In this document: one piece after another, positions 27,690 through 39,959 of the stretch | How the letters are laid out: each line of letters begins with the position of its first letter | Numbering within the stretch: position 1 is the first letter of the stretch | The notes under the pieces: generated by a model | Seen by the model: the letters and a program-made list of their open reading frames with translations, nothing else | Told to the model about the DNA's origin: nothing | The model's database searches: none | Source of the DNA: Eledone cirrhosa | Lineage: Eukaryota | Direction: 5' to 3' | DNA: 64,000 nt | NCBI GenBank assembly: GCA_964016885.1 | Contig: OZ024741.1 | Location: forward strand, 402,442,001-402,506,000 | Position numbers and translations under genes: made by a program

Positions 27690-30600
27690 CGGCGATCTTA
27701 TCTTAAACCTTACATTCTCGCTAACAACCCATCATCCCTCCCTCCCGCCCCCACGCACCACCATTATTACATGGACCAATCATAAGTCAGAGGCCCATAC
27801 TATCGCTTAACTGGTTGCTTTTCGATATGATGGATGGACTACGGAATTCTGGAGAGTTGAAGAGAGAAAAATGTGGACACTCAGCGACAATGCCAAAGAT
27901 AAAGCCAAATTCACCTCGTGGACGAGAATGCAAGCACTCCTCCTTGTTTCGGCCCAGGATGGCTAACATAACCCCCCCCCCCCCCCCCCCCGCGCCCCAC
28001 CGCTCCCACCCTCCAAACGCAATCCAAAACTTCAGAGTTGGTACCATGGATGTAGGCACCTTAAAGGGTCGCTCTAACGAGGTTGTAGAAATGCTTGAAC
28101 GTAAGGAGGTCGATGTTTGTTGTATTCAAGAGACCAGGTGGAGGGGAGGGTCGGCTAGATTCATCGTGGGTAAAAAACGATGCTATAAGCTTTTCTGGAA
28201 ATGACAATGGGTTGGGTGGGGTAGGAATCATGGTAGCAGAAAAGTGGGCAGATAAGATAATAGACGTAAATAGAGTGAACGACAGAATAATTAAAATAAG
28301 ACTTGTCCTCAATAAAACTACGGTGACAGTAATATCTGCGTACGCACCCCAATCCGGACTGCCCGGCGCTATAAAAGACAGATTCTACGAGACACTGATG
28401 CTCGCTACCTCCCAAATAACCGACAGTGACTATATAGTTATTGCAGGCGACCTAAATGGTCACGTTGGACAACATTGTGACGGCTATGGCGGAATCCATG
28501 GAGGCTATGGGTTCGGTACTAGAAATGAGGAAGGCTCCAGAATCCTGGAATTCTGCGACGCAAATAACTTAACTATCTGTAACACTAACTTCAAAAAACG
28601 AGACAATCACTTGATCACCTATAGATCGGGGGAACACACAAGCCAGGTAGATTATATCCTTACCAGAAGACATGACAGAGTGTCTGTTGTTAACACTAAA
28701 TCCCACCCCCATGAAGAATTCACCTCCCAACATAGACTGATAATTAGCGACCTCATAGTCAGGACGAGACGTACTAGACAGCGGAAGAGGACTATCCTCA
28801 GGAGAAAAATATGGAAGCTAAAGGACCCCATAGCCAGAAATAAATTTCAAAGCATATTACTTGACGCTTTCGACAGTAAGGAAGAGCAATTTGAGTCGTA
28901 TAATATAGAGGAACAGTGGGAATTCCTGAGAGCAAACCTGCTGACGGCGGCAGACGAAGTCTGTGGCTGGAGCAGGCCTGTAGGTAGGAGGAGAGTAACA
29001 TGGTGGTGGAACAGTAAGGTGGAGGAGTCAATTAAGGCCAAAAAGCAGGCTTGGAAAGTATGGCGGGATGGGGGAAGTAGAGAAGACTATCAAGTGGCCA
29101 GGAGGGAAGCTAGGAGACAAGTGTACTTCGCAAGAAGGGAAGCAGAGGAAAGAAAGTTCAAGCATGTTCTACAACGTGAGGACCAAAAACGTGAGGTGTT
29201 CAGGATTGCCAGGCAATGTGTCAAGGAAAACCGTGATATTGTCGGAGAGAAGTGTGTACTTAACGATGATGGCATACTTGCCATCACCGACGCTGATAAG
29301 AAGGTAGCTTGGAAGTGTCACTACGAAAGGCTTCTAAATGAGGAGAACAAATGGGAGAAAGACAGTCTCCCCCAGATCGATCCAATAGAGGGGACCAGCA
29401 GTGTTAATTGAAGGTAGTATAATAAGTAAGGCAATCAAAGATATGAAGACGGGTAAGGCGGCTGGGCCTTCGGAAATAGTTGCTGAGATGCTGAAGGCAT
29501 CTGGTTCGGTGGGACACACCATGGTCACCCGGATAGTTAACCAAGTCGTACAGAATGGGGTTGTTCCGAAGGAATGGCGTAGCAGCATCATCGTTAACTG
29601 CTATAAGGGAAAAGGAGATGCCCTAGATAGGAGTAACTATAGAGGCATTAAATTAATCGACCAGGTCATGAAGGTCACGGAAAAAGTAATAGCGCAACTA
29701 ATCAGAGAGAGAATTGATCTAGATGAAATGCAGTTCGGGTTTGTGTCAGGCAAAAGTACCACAGACGCTCTTTTCATTGTACGACAACTACAGGAGAAGT
29801 ACCTAGCTAAAAATAAACCCCTATACTTAGCTTTCGTCGACTTGGAGAAAGCCTTCGACAGAGTCCCCCGTTCCATTATCTGGTGGTCTCTTAGAAAACT
29901 AGGTGTTGACGAATGGCTTGTGAGAGCTATACAAGCCATGTATAAAGAAACAGTCAGTAAGGTTAGAATTAACAACGAATATAGTGAAGAGTTTAGCGTA
30001 AAAGTTGGTGTCCATCAGGGCTCTGTTCTTAGCCCCCTACTATTTATTATTGCCCTTCAGGCTATAACAGAGGAGTTCAAGACCGGCTGCCCATGGGAAC
30101 TCCTATACGCAGATGATCTAACGCTCATAGCTGAATCAATGACCGAACTAGAGAAGAAATTCCAAACATGGAAGCACGGCCTAGAATCAAAAGGCCTTAA
30201 AATTAACCTGGCTAAGACTAAAGTTCTAGTTTGTAGGAAAGAAAATAAGGCGGCGGTCCCATCTGGGAAATGGCCATGCTCAGTGTGTAGGAAAGGCGTA
30301 GGTAGAAACTCCATTTTATGTCCCAAATGCAAAGTATGGGTGCATAAAAGATGTAGTGGGATCACAGGTAAGCTAACTAAGAACATAGATTTTACATGTG
30401 GCCGGTGCTCTGGTGCAATAAGTAGCAGCAAGTGCCCACAAAATACTAGCTCCTTCAACTGCGCAGAGGGTTCTATAGAAATAGTGGACAGCTTCCGTTA
30501 TCTGGGTGACAAAATCAGCAGTGGGGGAGGGTGCTCTGAAAGTACAGTAGCTAGAGTCAGAACTGGATGGAAAAAGTTCAGAGAGCTTATACCACTATTA

Positions 30601-31568
30601 GCCGCTAGAGGGTTCTCCCTAAAAATGAAAGGCAGGTTATACGATGCCTTCATACGAACAGCAATGCTGCATGGCAGTGAGACCTGGGCATTGTGTGCAG
30701 AGGATATACGCAGACTAGAGAGGAACGAAGCTTGCATGCTCCGCTGGATGTGCAATAGTAATATACGTGAACGGCAAAGCATAAACGAACTAAGGAAAAA
30801 ATTAGAAATAAGAGGGATCAGATGTTGTTTACTCGAGAGAAGGCTACGTTGGTACGGTCACGTGATGCGCATGAAAGACGACAGCTGTATAACAAAGTGC
30901 AGGGCAATAAAGATAGACGGTAGCCACGGAGTAGGCAGACCCAGAAAAACATGAGACGAGCTGATAAATTCCGACCTCACACGCTTACACCTCTCCAAGA
31001 CAATGTCACTGGACCGAGACCTTTGGCGGTACTCAGTAATAGAGAAGACCCGCCTTACCTAAATACAAAGTAAAAACCTACTACAGTCAGTAGGCATCTC
31101 TATCAAAACACACCCCCGTCCCACCACCTCCACCCCACCCACACCGCCCCTTTCAATGTAAAGTTATGTTGGTCCCACAACATCCAGGCCGAAACAAATG
31201 AGATCGTGTAGGTCTCACGACAAAAAACACACAGTCCACGCTGTAAATGTGGCCGTGTAGGCAACACGGTAAAAACCTCCCAGCCCCACACTATAAATGT
31301 GGTTGGTGTTAGGAAGGGCATCCAGCTGTAGAAAACCCGCCAGACAGTCCACGCTGTAATGTGGCCGTGTAGGCAACATGGTAAAAACCTCCCAGCCCCA
31401 CACTGTAAATGTGGTTGGTGTTAGGAAGGGCATCCAACTGTAGAAAACCCGCCAGACAGTCCTATGCGAGCAAGACAACCACTCTTGCCTCAAGTGGGAA
31501 AACCCCCGTCCAAACCCATGCAAGCGTGGAACACGGACGCTAAACCTGATGATGATGATGATGATGAT
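27690..31568 (+). mobile_element. Full-length RTE LINE subfamily 1 (copy B)
   Basis: Near-identical to 4698-8584; 5-bp deletion at ~28198, +1 G at ~29390, TGG>TGA at 30952-30954; inserted in (TA)n. Confidence 0.96.
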
Positions 31569-31596
31569 ATATATACAGTATATACATATATATACA

Positions 31597-31632
<36 letters not shown>

Positions 31633-31647
31633 TATATATATATACAG

Positions 31648-31735
<88 letters not shown>

Positions 31736-32039
31736 TATATATATACAGTATATACAGTATATATATATACAGTATATATACACAGTATATACAGTATATA
31801 CATATATATATATATATACAGTATATACATATATATATATGCACTATATACATATATATATATATACAGTATATATATATATATACAGTATATATATACA
31901 GTATATACATATATATATATATACAGTATATATATACAGTATATACATATATATATATACAGTATATATATATATATACAGTATATATATACAGTATATA
32001 CATATGTATATATATACAGTATATATATACATATATATA
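31569..32039. repeat. (TA)n with CAG interruptions
   Basis: Directly visible. Confidence 0.95.
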
Positions 32040-32620
32040 TGGTGGCTGCCAACTCGTTTTCGAGTATGGCCACTACTTTATATCCATGTAGGAGAACCCC
32101 TACCGATGCGCTGAACGAGTGTGACTTTTTTGTCCAGCACTCTACTTGAAAACTCTGGTACAAACACTACACTTGTGACAATTATTGACACAGTGCTGGG
32201 CCCATTGTACCATGTGACGACAAGTGCAGAGAGATCTCCAGATATAAAGCAATGCCTGTGCCGTGACACTTTTATAGTGAGCAAATGCACTGCACAAAGC
32301 CAGTCCCACTCTCTTAACCAAGATGATATTTACTAAAAAGAAGAACAAGTCAACATCATTGGATACCATCAGGGTTGCAGGTGTTAGATCAGAGTTTTCC
32401 TTCTAGAATTCTGCCTTGACAAAGGCTAAGGGGTTATCTCTCTCAGTGATTTTGGATGGCCATTGACTCTTAAGAGCTCCTTTGCCCTTTGACAGGTTTT
32501 GTTTTTAGTGCTGCAGGATGTCAAAAGTTACCCTCCTCACCAAGAAACCTTGATGGGGTTGCCAGTTTAGTCGCCAACGACCCGACCAGGTTGTACTGGG
32601 ATACATGGTACCAGTAGCAC
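32040..32620 (-). mobile_element. ~600-bp non-coding interspersed repeat, copy 2
   Basis: Homologous to 24055-24663. Confidence 0.75.
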
Positions 32621-32655
<35 letters not shown>

Positions 32656-32656
<1 letters not shown>

Positions 32657-32890
32657 CATCATCATCATTGTTTAACGTCCATCTTCCATGCTAGCATGGG
32701 TTTGGACGGAGAATATATATATATACATACATATATATATGTATGTATGTATGGTCGTGGAGGTGCCACGGAAAAAAGCACGCAGCACTCACTGTAAATG
32801 AGGTTGGTGTTAGGAAAGGCATCCAGCTGTTGAAATCAAGCAGAATCAGTTCCCGTCCCACCCTTGCAAGCAGGGAAAAGTGGACTGTAT
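32656..32890. mobile_element. Two short RTE 3'-end fragments in opposite orientations
   Basis: (CAT)n..aacgtcc..ccatgctagcatggg (minus) and ggtcgtggaggtgcca..ggtgttaggaaaggcatccagctg (plus). Confidence 0.75.
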
Positions 32891-32891
32891 T

Positions 32892-32922
<31 letters not shown>

Positions 32923-32999
32923 TATATATATAAACTTAAGAAAATAAACAAAGAAGGGACAAGAGAATGAATGGAAACAAAGCAAAATGAAAACTAATT

Positions 33000-35055
33000 T
33001 CAATATTGATTTCAATAAAGTAAGACTTATTTATCCCCATTTTGAACTTATAACACTTTGAAGAAACTCATTGAGCAAATAATTGATCTATAATTCTTTG
33101 TATGTATATGTCTAAGAAAAGAATGGGTATGCATGTAAAAACGCTGCTTGAATCTATTGGCGGTTAACCCTATGTATGCCCTATGGGACGTGGGTGTTTC
33201 AACCTTACATTTGTAGGCAATGTTACTGGAGAGGTATTTCCCGGATAGGGGGCAGTCAACCCGATTCCTACAATTACAGTTAGTACTAACTACAGGGTTG
33301 CACGTGTTCTTACGGCTAGGTAGTTTAGCTAAATTTGAAGCTCTTATGATATGTGCAAGGTTAGGAGTCGTAGAGTAAGAAATTTTAATAGTATTTCTAT
33401 TAAAAATGTTACTATATTTATGTGTAGGGGGAAAATGCTTCGTAATAAGGGAGAGAAGGATCTTAGCTAATGGTGTGGCCACCTCCATATTATATGGTGG
33501 GTTATACCATATAACGCGTCGGGATCTATTTGTCGATTCTTCCTAGGTCTATGCTCATAATCTGTATATGCTACCTTATCGACAAATCCACTTCGAGCAA
33601 GAACTACATTGTAATATGTGGAATGGTCGGTGAAAATATGCTCGTTTGTAGATAGACGGGAAAGCCTCAAAGAAACGTTTCTTACCAGGTTCTTGGTTAT
33701 GCTGGCAGGATGGTTAGAATGCTTACTTATGTAATTAAGCGTATCATTCGGCTTTCTATACAGGTAGTGCATGCCATTCAACAAATTGAGGGTAACGTCG
33801 AGGTAATTAATGACCGAGATGTTGGCCTCAACCTGTATGAAGAGGTTGAAGCCTTTAAAAAAGGCTGAGTTCTTTTCTGAATCTGTCGCAAGCATGCGGG
33901 CTGCACTTTGTCATGTTTAAAAGACCATCATCACGGTACAAACCACCGCCCACATTGGGGAATTTTTCCTTGATAGAGAAAAGAAGGAAATGGCCTATAA
34001 GATCAGTAACCTCCGCGGAATCGCTGGTGCCCATACTCACGTCGAATGGGGTACTATTAGATTTTTTAATCCAAATAGAGTTGTCGAAATTAATCACCGA
34101 CTTACGGGCATTGAGGATGACATCAACTTTGAAATCCTTAACTACTGTGAGTGTTTTAGCGAAATTGATTGCTCTAAGAAGTGGTAAAGTGATGGAGGAG
34201 TAGTAATTATTGATGTCGAATTGGATAAAATGGTAATGTTCCTTGTTGCATATGCCGTTGAACAAATCAATCACCGCGAAAGAATTGTTCCACAGTGCAA
34301 GAGGGGCCAAGCTTCTAATTTCAGGTATAATTCTATCTAAAATCCTTTTACTAAGTCTACCTAAATCGGACTTCGTAGGGTTAATAAGCCGACTAGAAGG
34401 GTTGTTGGGGAAATTGGGTTTGTGATCCTTCAGGGTAAAGTCCAGAGTTTCAGTCCGGTCCTGGATGTTGAGTTCAGATGTGATTTTAAACCCAGCATCG
34501 TTGATGTCATTAATGACACTCCGATTAGTTTTACAGTAATCCTTAGTTACAGCATTATGTAGCAGTTGATGGTAAGTACTGCGCTCCACTTGATATAGAT
34601 TGCCAGTTTTGTCGGAATGGACGTACACGGCATTAGAATCCTTAATAGAACAAATTCTATTCTTCAGGTCCTGCTGGAAGGAATTGCTCCTATTCCGAAA
34701 TTTGGTAGTCCGTATGAGTTCCAAGACATCATTTTCGAAGGGTAGCAATGCTGGGTTACTCGGAGGGTTATTATAAGTTTTAAACCTAAATTTGTCCTGT
34801 TTGTTGTCCGCTTTTTCCTGATTATCGAAATAAAAGGCACGCCAACGCAACCTTTTAATGAACTAGTCCGTTTTCTGTATCAGGAGTTTTAGGTATGTCT
34901 TCCGGCTTGGTATGGGGATGTTCTTTGTAGAAATATTCAGATGTTGTTTCTGCAATAGAGTGCTCAACCGAGGGAGCCAAATAGTAATAATAATAAATTT
35001 GAAGACTAAAATCCAAAGAGGGCTCGATAAGGATAAATATATATCAAATATATAT
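33000..35055 (-). mobile_element. Penelope-like element (Naiad-type), nearly complete ORF with frameshifts
   Basis: N-terminus STKNIPIPS..YLKLLIQKTD*FIKRLRWRAFYF, HSDKTGNLY, TLKDHKPNF, RLINPTKSDLG, QFDINNYY, GLYRDDGL, NYLDV, CNCRNRVDCPL, IAYKCK..YIGLT..FKQRFYMH. Confidence 0.93.
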
Positions 35056-35271
35056 GAACCCTAGAGCAAATATTTATTAAAATAACAGATTAAAGTTTAA
35101 GCAAAGAATCGCTGCTTTCATCCTTAACGAGATCTTCTGAAACTAAAAAAATCAATCTGTGAACGCAGAAGTAAATATTTCGAAAAACGTTGCAACCGAA
35201 GGAAAACAGGAAGACAATACTTTGGTTCATGGATAAGTTCTCTGGCAATGAACGGAAAAAAGTGAAGAAGA

Positions 35272-36656
35272 AATTATAGAGGTATAAAGCTGATGGACCA
35301 GGTCATGAAAGTAACAGAAAGAGTTATAGCACAGTTGATTAGGGACTGGTTGAAACTAGATGAGATGCAATTTGGGTTTGTGCCAGGAAGAGGCACCACT
35401 GATGCCCTCTTCCTTGTGAGGCAGTTATAGGAAAAGTACCTAGCTAAAAGTAAGCCACTCTACCTGGCATTCGTCAATCTCGAGAAAGCCTTTGACAGAG
35501 TTCCATGCTATAATCTGGTGGGCTCTAAGAAAACTAGGAGTAGATGAATGGCTTGTGAAAGCTGTACAAGCCATGTATAGGGGAGCAGTCAGCAAACTTA
35601 GGATTAGCAATGAGAATAGCGAGGAATTTAGCGTACAGGTTGGGGTCCACCAGGGCTCTGTTCTTAGCCCTTTCCTGTTCATCATAGTCCTGCAGTCAAT
35701 AACGGAAGAGTGTAAGACTGGATGCCCATGGGAACTCCTGTATGCAGATGACCTCGCACTTATAGCTGAATCTATGGTAGAACTAGAGAATAAATTCCAA
35801 ATTAGCAGCAGAGGTGGGTGTTTGGAAAGTACAATAACTAGGGTAAGAAAGGAATGGAAGAAGTTTAGGGAGCCACTGCCAGCTGCAAAAGGCTTTTCCC
35901 TCAAAATGAAAGGCAGACCGTATGATGCGTGTATCCGAACAGCAATGTTACATGGTAGTGAGACCTGGGCGCTGACAGTGGAAGACTTGCGTAGATTAGA
36001 GAGAAACGAAGCTTGCATGCTCCGATGGATGTGTAACAGTAATATACGCGAACGGCAAAGCATAAATGAATTGAGAGAGAGACTGAGCATAAGAGGAATC
36101 AAATGCTGTGTGCAGGAGAGGTGGTTGTGTTGGTATGGACATGTTATGCGTATGAAGTATGACAGCTGCATAAAAAGGTGCAGAGCACTAGAAGTCGATG
36201 GAAACCGCGGAGTGGGGAGACCCAAGATGACCTGGGATGAGGTGATAAAAGCCGACCTTACCCAATTACACCTCTCAAAGGCAATGACACACGACTGTGA
36301 CCTCTGGCGTCGCGCAGTAATACAGAAGACCCGACCCCCCCACGGGTACAAGCCAAAGCTGGAGCATAAAGACAATATGCTCCCACACCCTCCCACTGCA
36401 AAGTGGTCGTGGAGGTGCCAGGGCAAAACAGCACCCAGCCCACACTGTAGAGTGGACGTGTAGGCGCCACGAAAAAAAGCACCCTGCACTCACTGTAAAT
36501 GAGGTTGGTGTTAGGAAGGGCATCCAGCTGTAGAAATCAAGCCAGAATCAGTTCCCGTATGAGCAAGACAAGGTCAGCCGACCGGACACTGCCCACAACA
36601 GGACAACCCGTCTAACCCATGCTAGCGTGGAAGAACGGACGTAAAATGATGATGAT
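35272..36656 (+). mobile_element. RTE LINE subfamily 2, 5'-truncated, ~342-bp internal in-frame deletion
   Basis: Homologous to 1124-2902; reads ELENKFQ-ISSRGG across the deletion; 3' UTR and (GAT)n tail. Confidence 0.92.
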
Positions 36657-37073
36657 ATTGATGAATACGTCATTATTTGGAGCGGTGAGAACAATTACAC
36701 GCAAAGACAAAACTACGTTTATGGTATAAATGAAGTTGTAGACTAATATTCTTTTTAGGAAACCGATGATTCTCGGCTTCAGAGTTAAGTATAATGTAAA
36801 TAAATTACAGAGGTTATTGAAATCAACAATAATTAAATATATACATACACGCATCCATATACGTACATACACATGCATACGCGAAAACATAGCGCACACA
36901 TACAAAAACCTGCGCAACACCTGTACCCGCACGCATACGAACGTATACACCAAAATACACATAAAAAAATATATAAAATATATATATATATCTATATATA
37001 TATATATATGTGTGTGTGCGTGTATACATATAATTATATAAACGTATATAAATATACACACATAAATACGTCT

Positions 37074-37146
37074 TATATATTTGATATATATTTATCCTTA
37101 TCAAGCCCTCTTTGGATTTTAGTCTTCAAATTTATTATTATTACTA
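37074..37146 (+). repeat. Inverted copy of the 5' terminal segment (34981-35055) of the minus-strand Penelope-like element
   Basis: tatatttgatatatatttatccttatc(a/g)agccctctttggattttagtcttcaaatttattattattactat. Confidence 0.85.
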
Positions 37147-37342
37147 TATATATATATATACATATATACATATATACATATATATACACACACACACACA
37201 TTTCACATAACGTTCTAATTTACATTACCAAGATTACCTAACGGTTTGTCTTTTCTATTCTCAATATTTTTGTGTTTTTACTGCTGACTGTCTTTTATTT
37301 TCTGTATATATTCTTTGTAGTCCTGTTTCTATTTTTGTGTTC

Positions 37343-37374
37343 CTGAAGAAGGGCTAAAGCTCGAGACGTCAAAC
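37343..37374 (+). ncRNA. Possible degenerate minimal hammerhead
   Basis: CTGAAGA-A-GGGC-TAAA-GCTC-GAGA-CG-TC; GAGA replaces GAAA and stem I is weak. Confidence 0.3.
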
Positions 37375-37450
37375 TTTCTTTCCCCTTTACCATACAAAGT
37401 GTGAAACTAATAAGACTTTTTGTATCTCTATTTTGTTGTTTCCTTGAAAA

Positions 37451-37484
<34 letters not shown>

Positions 37485-37500
37485 TTACCATGTTTTTCAG

Positions 37501-37709
37501 GTGGTGAGAATGTGAGAATTTACTGGGACCGTTATATTTCTGGTGTAGATGCCTTGATATATGTTGTGAACAGTGCGGACACTGCTGATAATCTTCAGCT
37601 CTCTAGTCAACAATTATTACGTTTGTTACAGAATAAACAACTTAATAATGTACCACTTCTTCTGATGGCAAATCACCATGACATGGAAGATGCAAGGTCT
37701 ATGGATCAG
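37501..37709 (+). CDS. ARL15: Internal coding exon of ADP-ribosylation factor-like GTPase 15 (phase 1 start, phase 0 end)
   Basis: tgtttttcag| ... CAG|gttcgt; encodes GENVRIYWDRYISGVDALIYVVNSADTADNLQLSSQQLLRLLQNKQLNNVPLLLMANHHDMEDARSMDQ; NHxD in place of NKxD and overall match to vertebrate ARL15 as recalled (GADNIRKYWSRYY...PFLILANHQD..ARSVQE). Confidence 0.85.
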
Positions 37710-37781
37710 GTTCGTTATTCTTTAGAAATTCATTTTCCTCTGCCTTGTTACTCTTCTGAGATGTCTGTAGTGATATAAAAT

Positions 37782-37878
37782 AATTGTTTCTACTTTTGGC
37801 ACAAGGCCAGCAATTACCCAGTGTATTACTGGTACTTTATTTTATCGACCCCGTAAGGATGAAAGGCAAAGTTAACCC
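37782..37878 (-). mobile_element. SINE fragment with Nin-type core
   Basis: Reverse complement reads ttgcctttcatccttacggggtcgataaa..aagtaccag; near-identical to 39855-39950. Confidence 0.75.
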
Positions 37879-38045
37879 CTGCTGTTGTTACTGTTGCTGT
37901 TGTTGTTGAGGAGTCAACTAGCCACACTTTATTCATGTATTTAGAGTTATTAAAAGGATAATCAATAATATATAATGATCCTTTATTGTCTATTAACTGA
38001 TTGGGGTATCACTGAAACCTATTTTCATCTAGGAATTTAAGGAAT

Positions 38046-38390
38046 GTGTGGCCTAGTGGTTAGGGTGTTGCACTTATGATCATAATATTGTGGGTTCAAT
38101 TCCTGGACTGGGTTGTGTGTTGTGTTCTTGAGCAAATCACCTCATTTCACATTGCTCCAGTATATTCAGTTGAAAATGAGTACCAGCTATAACTGGGCGA
38201 TGGACTGGTCCTGTCCAGGAGGAGATCTTATACTTTGTTGCTGAACACCAAAGAATGAGCAAAACACCCATTTCACATTGCTCCAGTATACTCAGCTGAA
38301 AATGAGTACCAGCAATAACTGGGGATTTAAGCTTGTGATAGACTGGTTCACTTAATGCCAAAGAAACTGAGATAAGCACCAGCCTGATGT
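38046..38390 (+). mobile_element. tRNA-derived SINE with internal duplication
   Basis: A box TGGCCTAGTGG, B box GGTTCAATTCC, core gtgttcttgagcaa..catttcacattgctccagt..gaaaatgagtaccagc (present twice). Confidence 0.8.
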
Positions 38391-38505
38391 GTACTTATTT
38401 TTTTATAAATAGTAGGATATCATTTGAGGAAGATTTGGTTACTATTTTTAGCAGGTCTAGAAACAGTGTCCAGTACTACAATATATAATGTCCTTCATGT
38501 TTTAA

Positions 38506-38778
38506 CCCTTTAGCATTCACATTACCCATGCTAGCGTGGAAAATGGATGTTAAACGAAGATGATGATGATGATGATTACTCTATATTTACTATTGTATTT
38601 TCACAGTAAAGGCTTTATCTCATTATTATCCCTCATAATATTAAATCTATGAGATTTTGATGTTATTTATTTTGAGAACAACACCTTAACTTAAGTATGA
38701 GCGGTCAGTTACAGCTGGTTCGAATAGAAAGAAGTGAGAGAGTTCTGGCTGGATATGGCCGGTTTAAATGCTAAAGGG
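38506..38778. mobile_element. piggyBac-type MITE with a nested RTE tail
   Basis: TTAA|CCCTTTAGCATT ... AATGCTAAAGGG|TTAA; RTE 3' fragment at ~38526-38574 flanked by attac on both sides. Confidence 0.8.
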
Positions 38779-39329
38779 TTAAAAATAGTAGGATATGTTT
38801 TGAGAAAGATTTGACTGCTACTTCTAGCAGGTCTAGACACTATATATATATATATATACGATGTATAGTAGCTTCATTAACTTCACTTGCTGTGGTTGGT
38901 ATAAATAAATGACTTTCAAAGAAGACCACCCCCTCCCCACCACAAAAATCCTCCACTAAAAGAGAGTTGTTTTTGAATAGTAAGAACTTTGAGAAGCAAT
39001 ATGGTAATAAAATAAGTTTTATTGCTGATTCAGACAAAATTATTTATGTTGTTTTTATATGTTTTTAATTGATATTGAAAGATATTGAAAAGGGAAAATT
39101 ATGTTTGGATCAAAATAAAACCAGGATAGATGTAACTGGAAACTGAAGCTTACAGAGAATATATATATGTGTGTATATGTGTATGTGTATATATGTATAT
39201 ATATGTATGTGTGTGTATATGTATATATAATTGTGTGTGTATGTATATATATATGTATATATATGTGTGTGTATATATGTGTGTATGTGTATATGTGTGT
39301 GTATATGTATATATAATTGTGTGTGTATG

Positions 39330-39397
<68 letters not shown>

Positions 39398-39799
39398 GTA
39401 GAAAATGAGATATTTTTTATTATATTATATATATTTTATATTTTTAGCAGTGAAGTACTAAACTAAAATTACGTATAAAATGTCAGCTTTATACACCAGA
39501 GCATGTTGGACAAAGTCATAAAATGTGAGCTTCATATAGTAGAACATGTAGGAGAAAATCAATTTTATTTTGCAGTCAAAGTGAATAAAAGTTTTGAGTG
39601 TATGCCAGATACGGATAAAGTTTGAATGTGTGGAAGACTCTTTTTTTAGATATCTCACAAAAAGCAGGGCAGTCTTAATGGATTAGTAGTAGTAGTAGTA
39701 GTAATAGTAGTAGTAGTAGTCTAATACTCTTAACACTAGGTCATGTGCTTCCATACATTATGGAGGATTGACAGTATCAGTAGAGAGTCGGACATCAAG

Positions 39800-39950
39800 C
39801 TATGCAGTGTAGAGTTACCGCCCTTTGCGGTCTGAGTTCAAATCCCAACGAGGTTAAATTTGCTTTTCATCCTTATGGGGTCGATAAAATAAAGTACCAG
39901 TAATACACTGGGATAATTGCTGGCCTTGTGCCAAAAGTAGAAACAATTAA
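39800..39950 (+). mobile_element. tRNA-derived SINE with Nin-type core
   Basis: B box GAGTTCAAATCC, then gcttttcatccttatggggtcgataaaataaagtaccag. Confidence 0.78.
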
Positions 39951-39959
39951 ATATGTTTG

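Noticed and set aside
10430-35055. Selenocysteine recoding in the Naiad-type elements
   Set aside because: Some Naiads are reported to encode Sec, but the breaks I examined are frameshifts or TAA/TAG rather than in-frame TGA at Cys positions; no SECIS recognised by eye
35095-35145. Minus-strand hammerhead-like CAGAAGA...GAAA
   Set aside because: Core mismatch, and stems I and III do not form
38046-38115. tRNA gene
   Set aside because: A and B boxes are present but there is no cloverleaf or terminator; it runs into a SINE core
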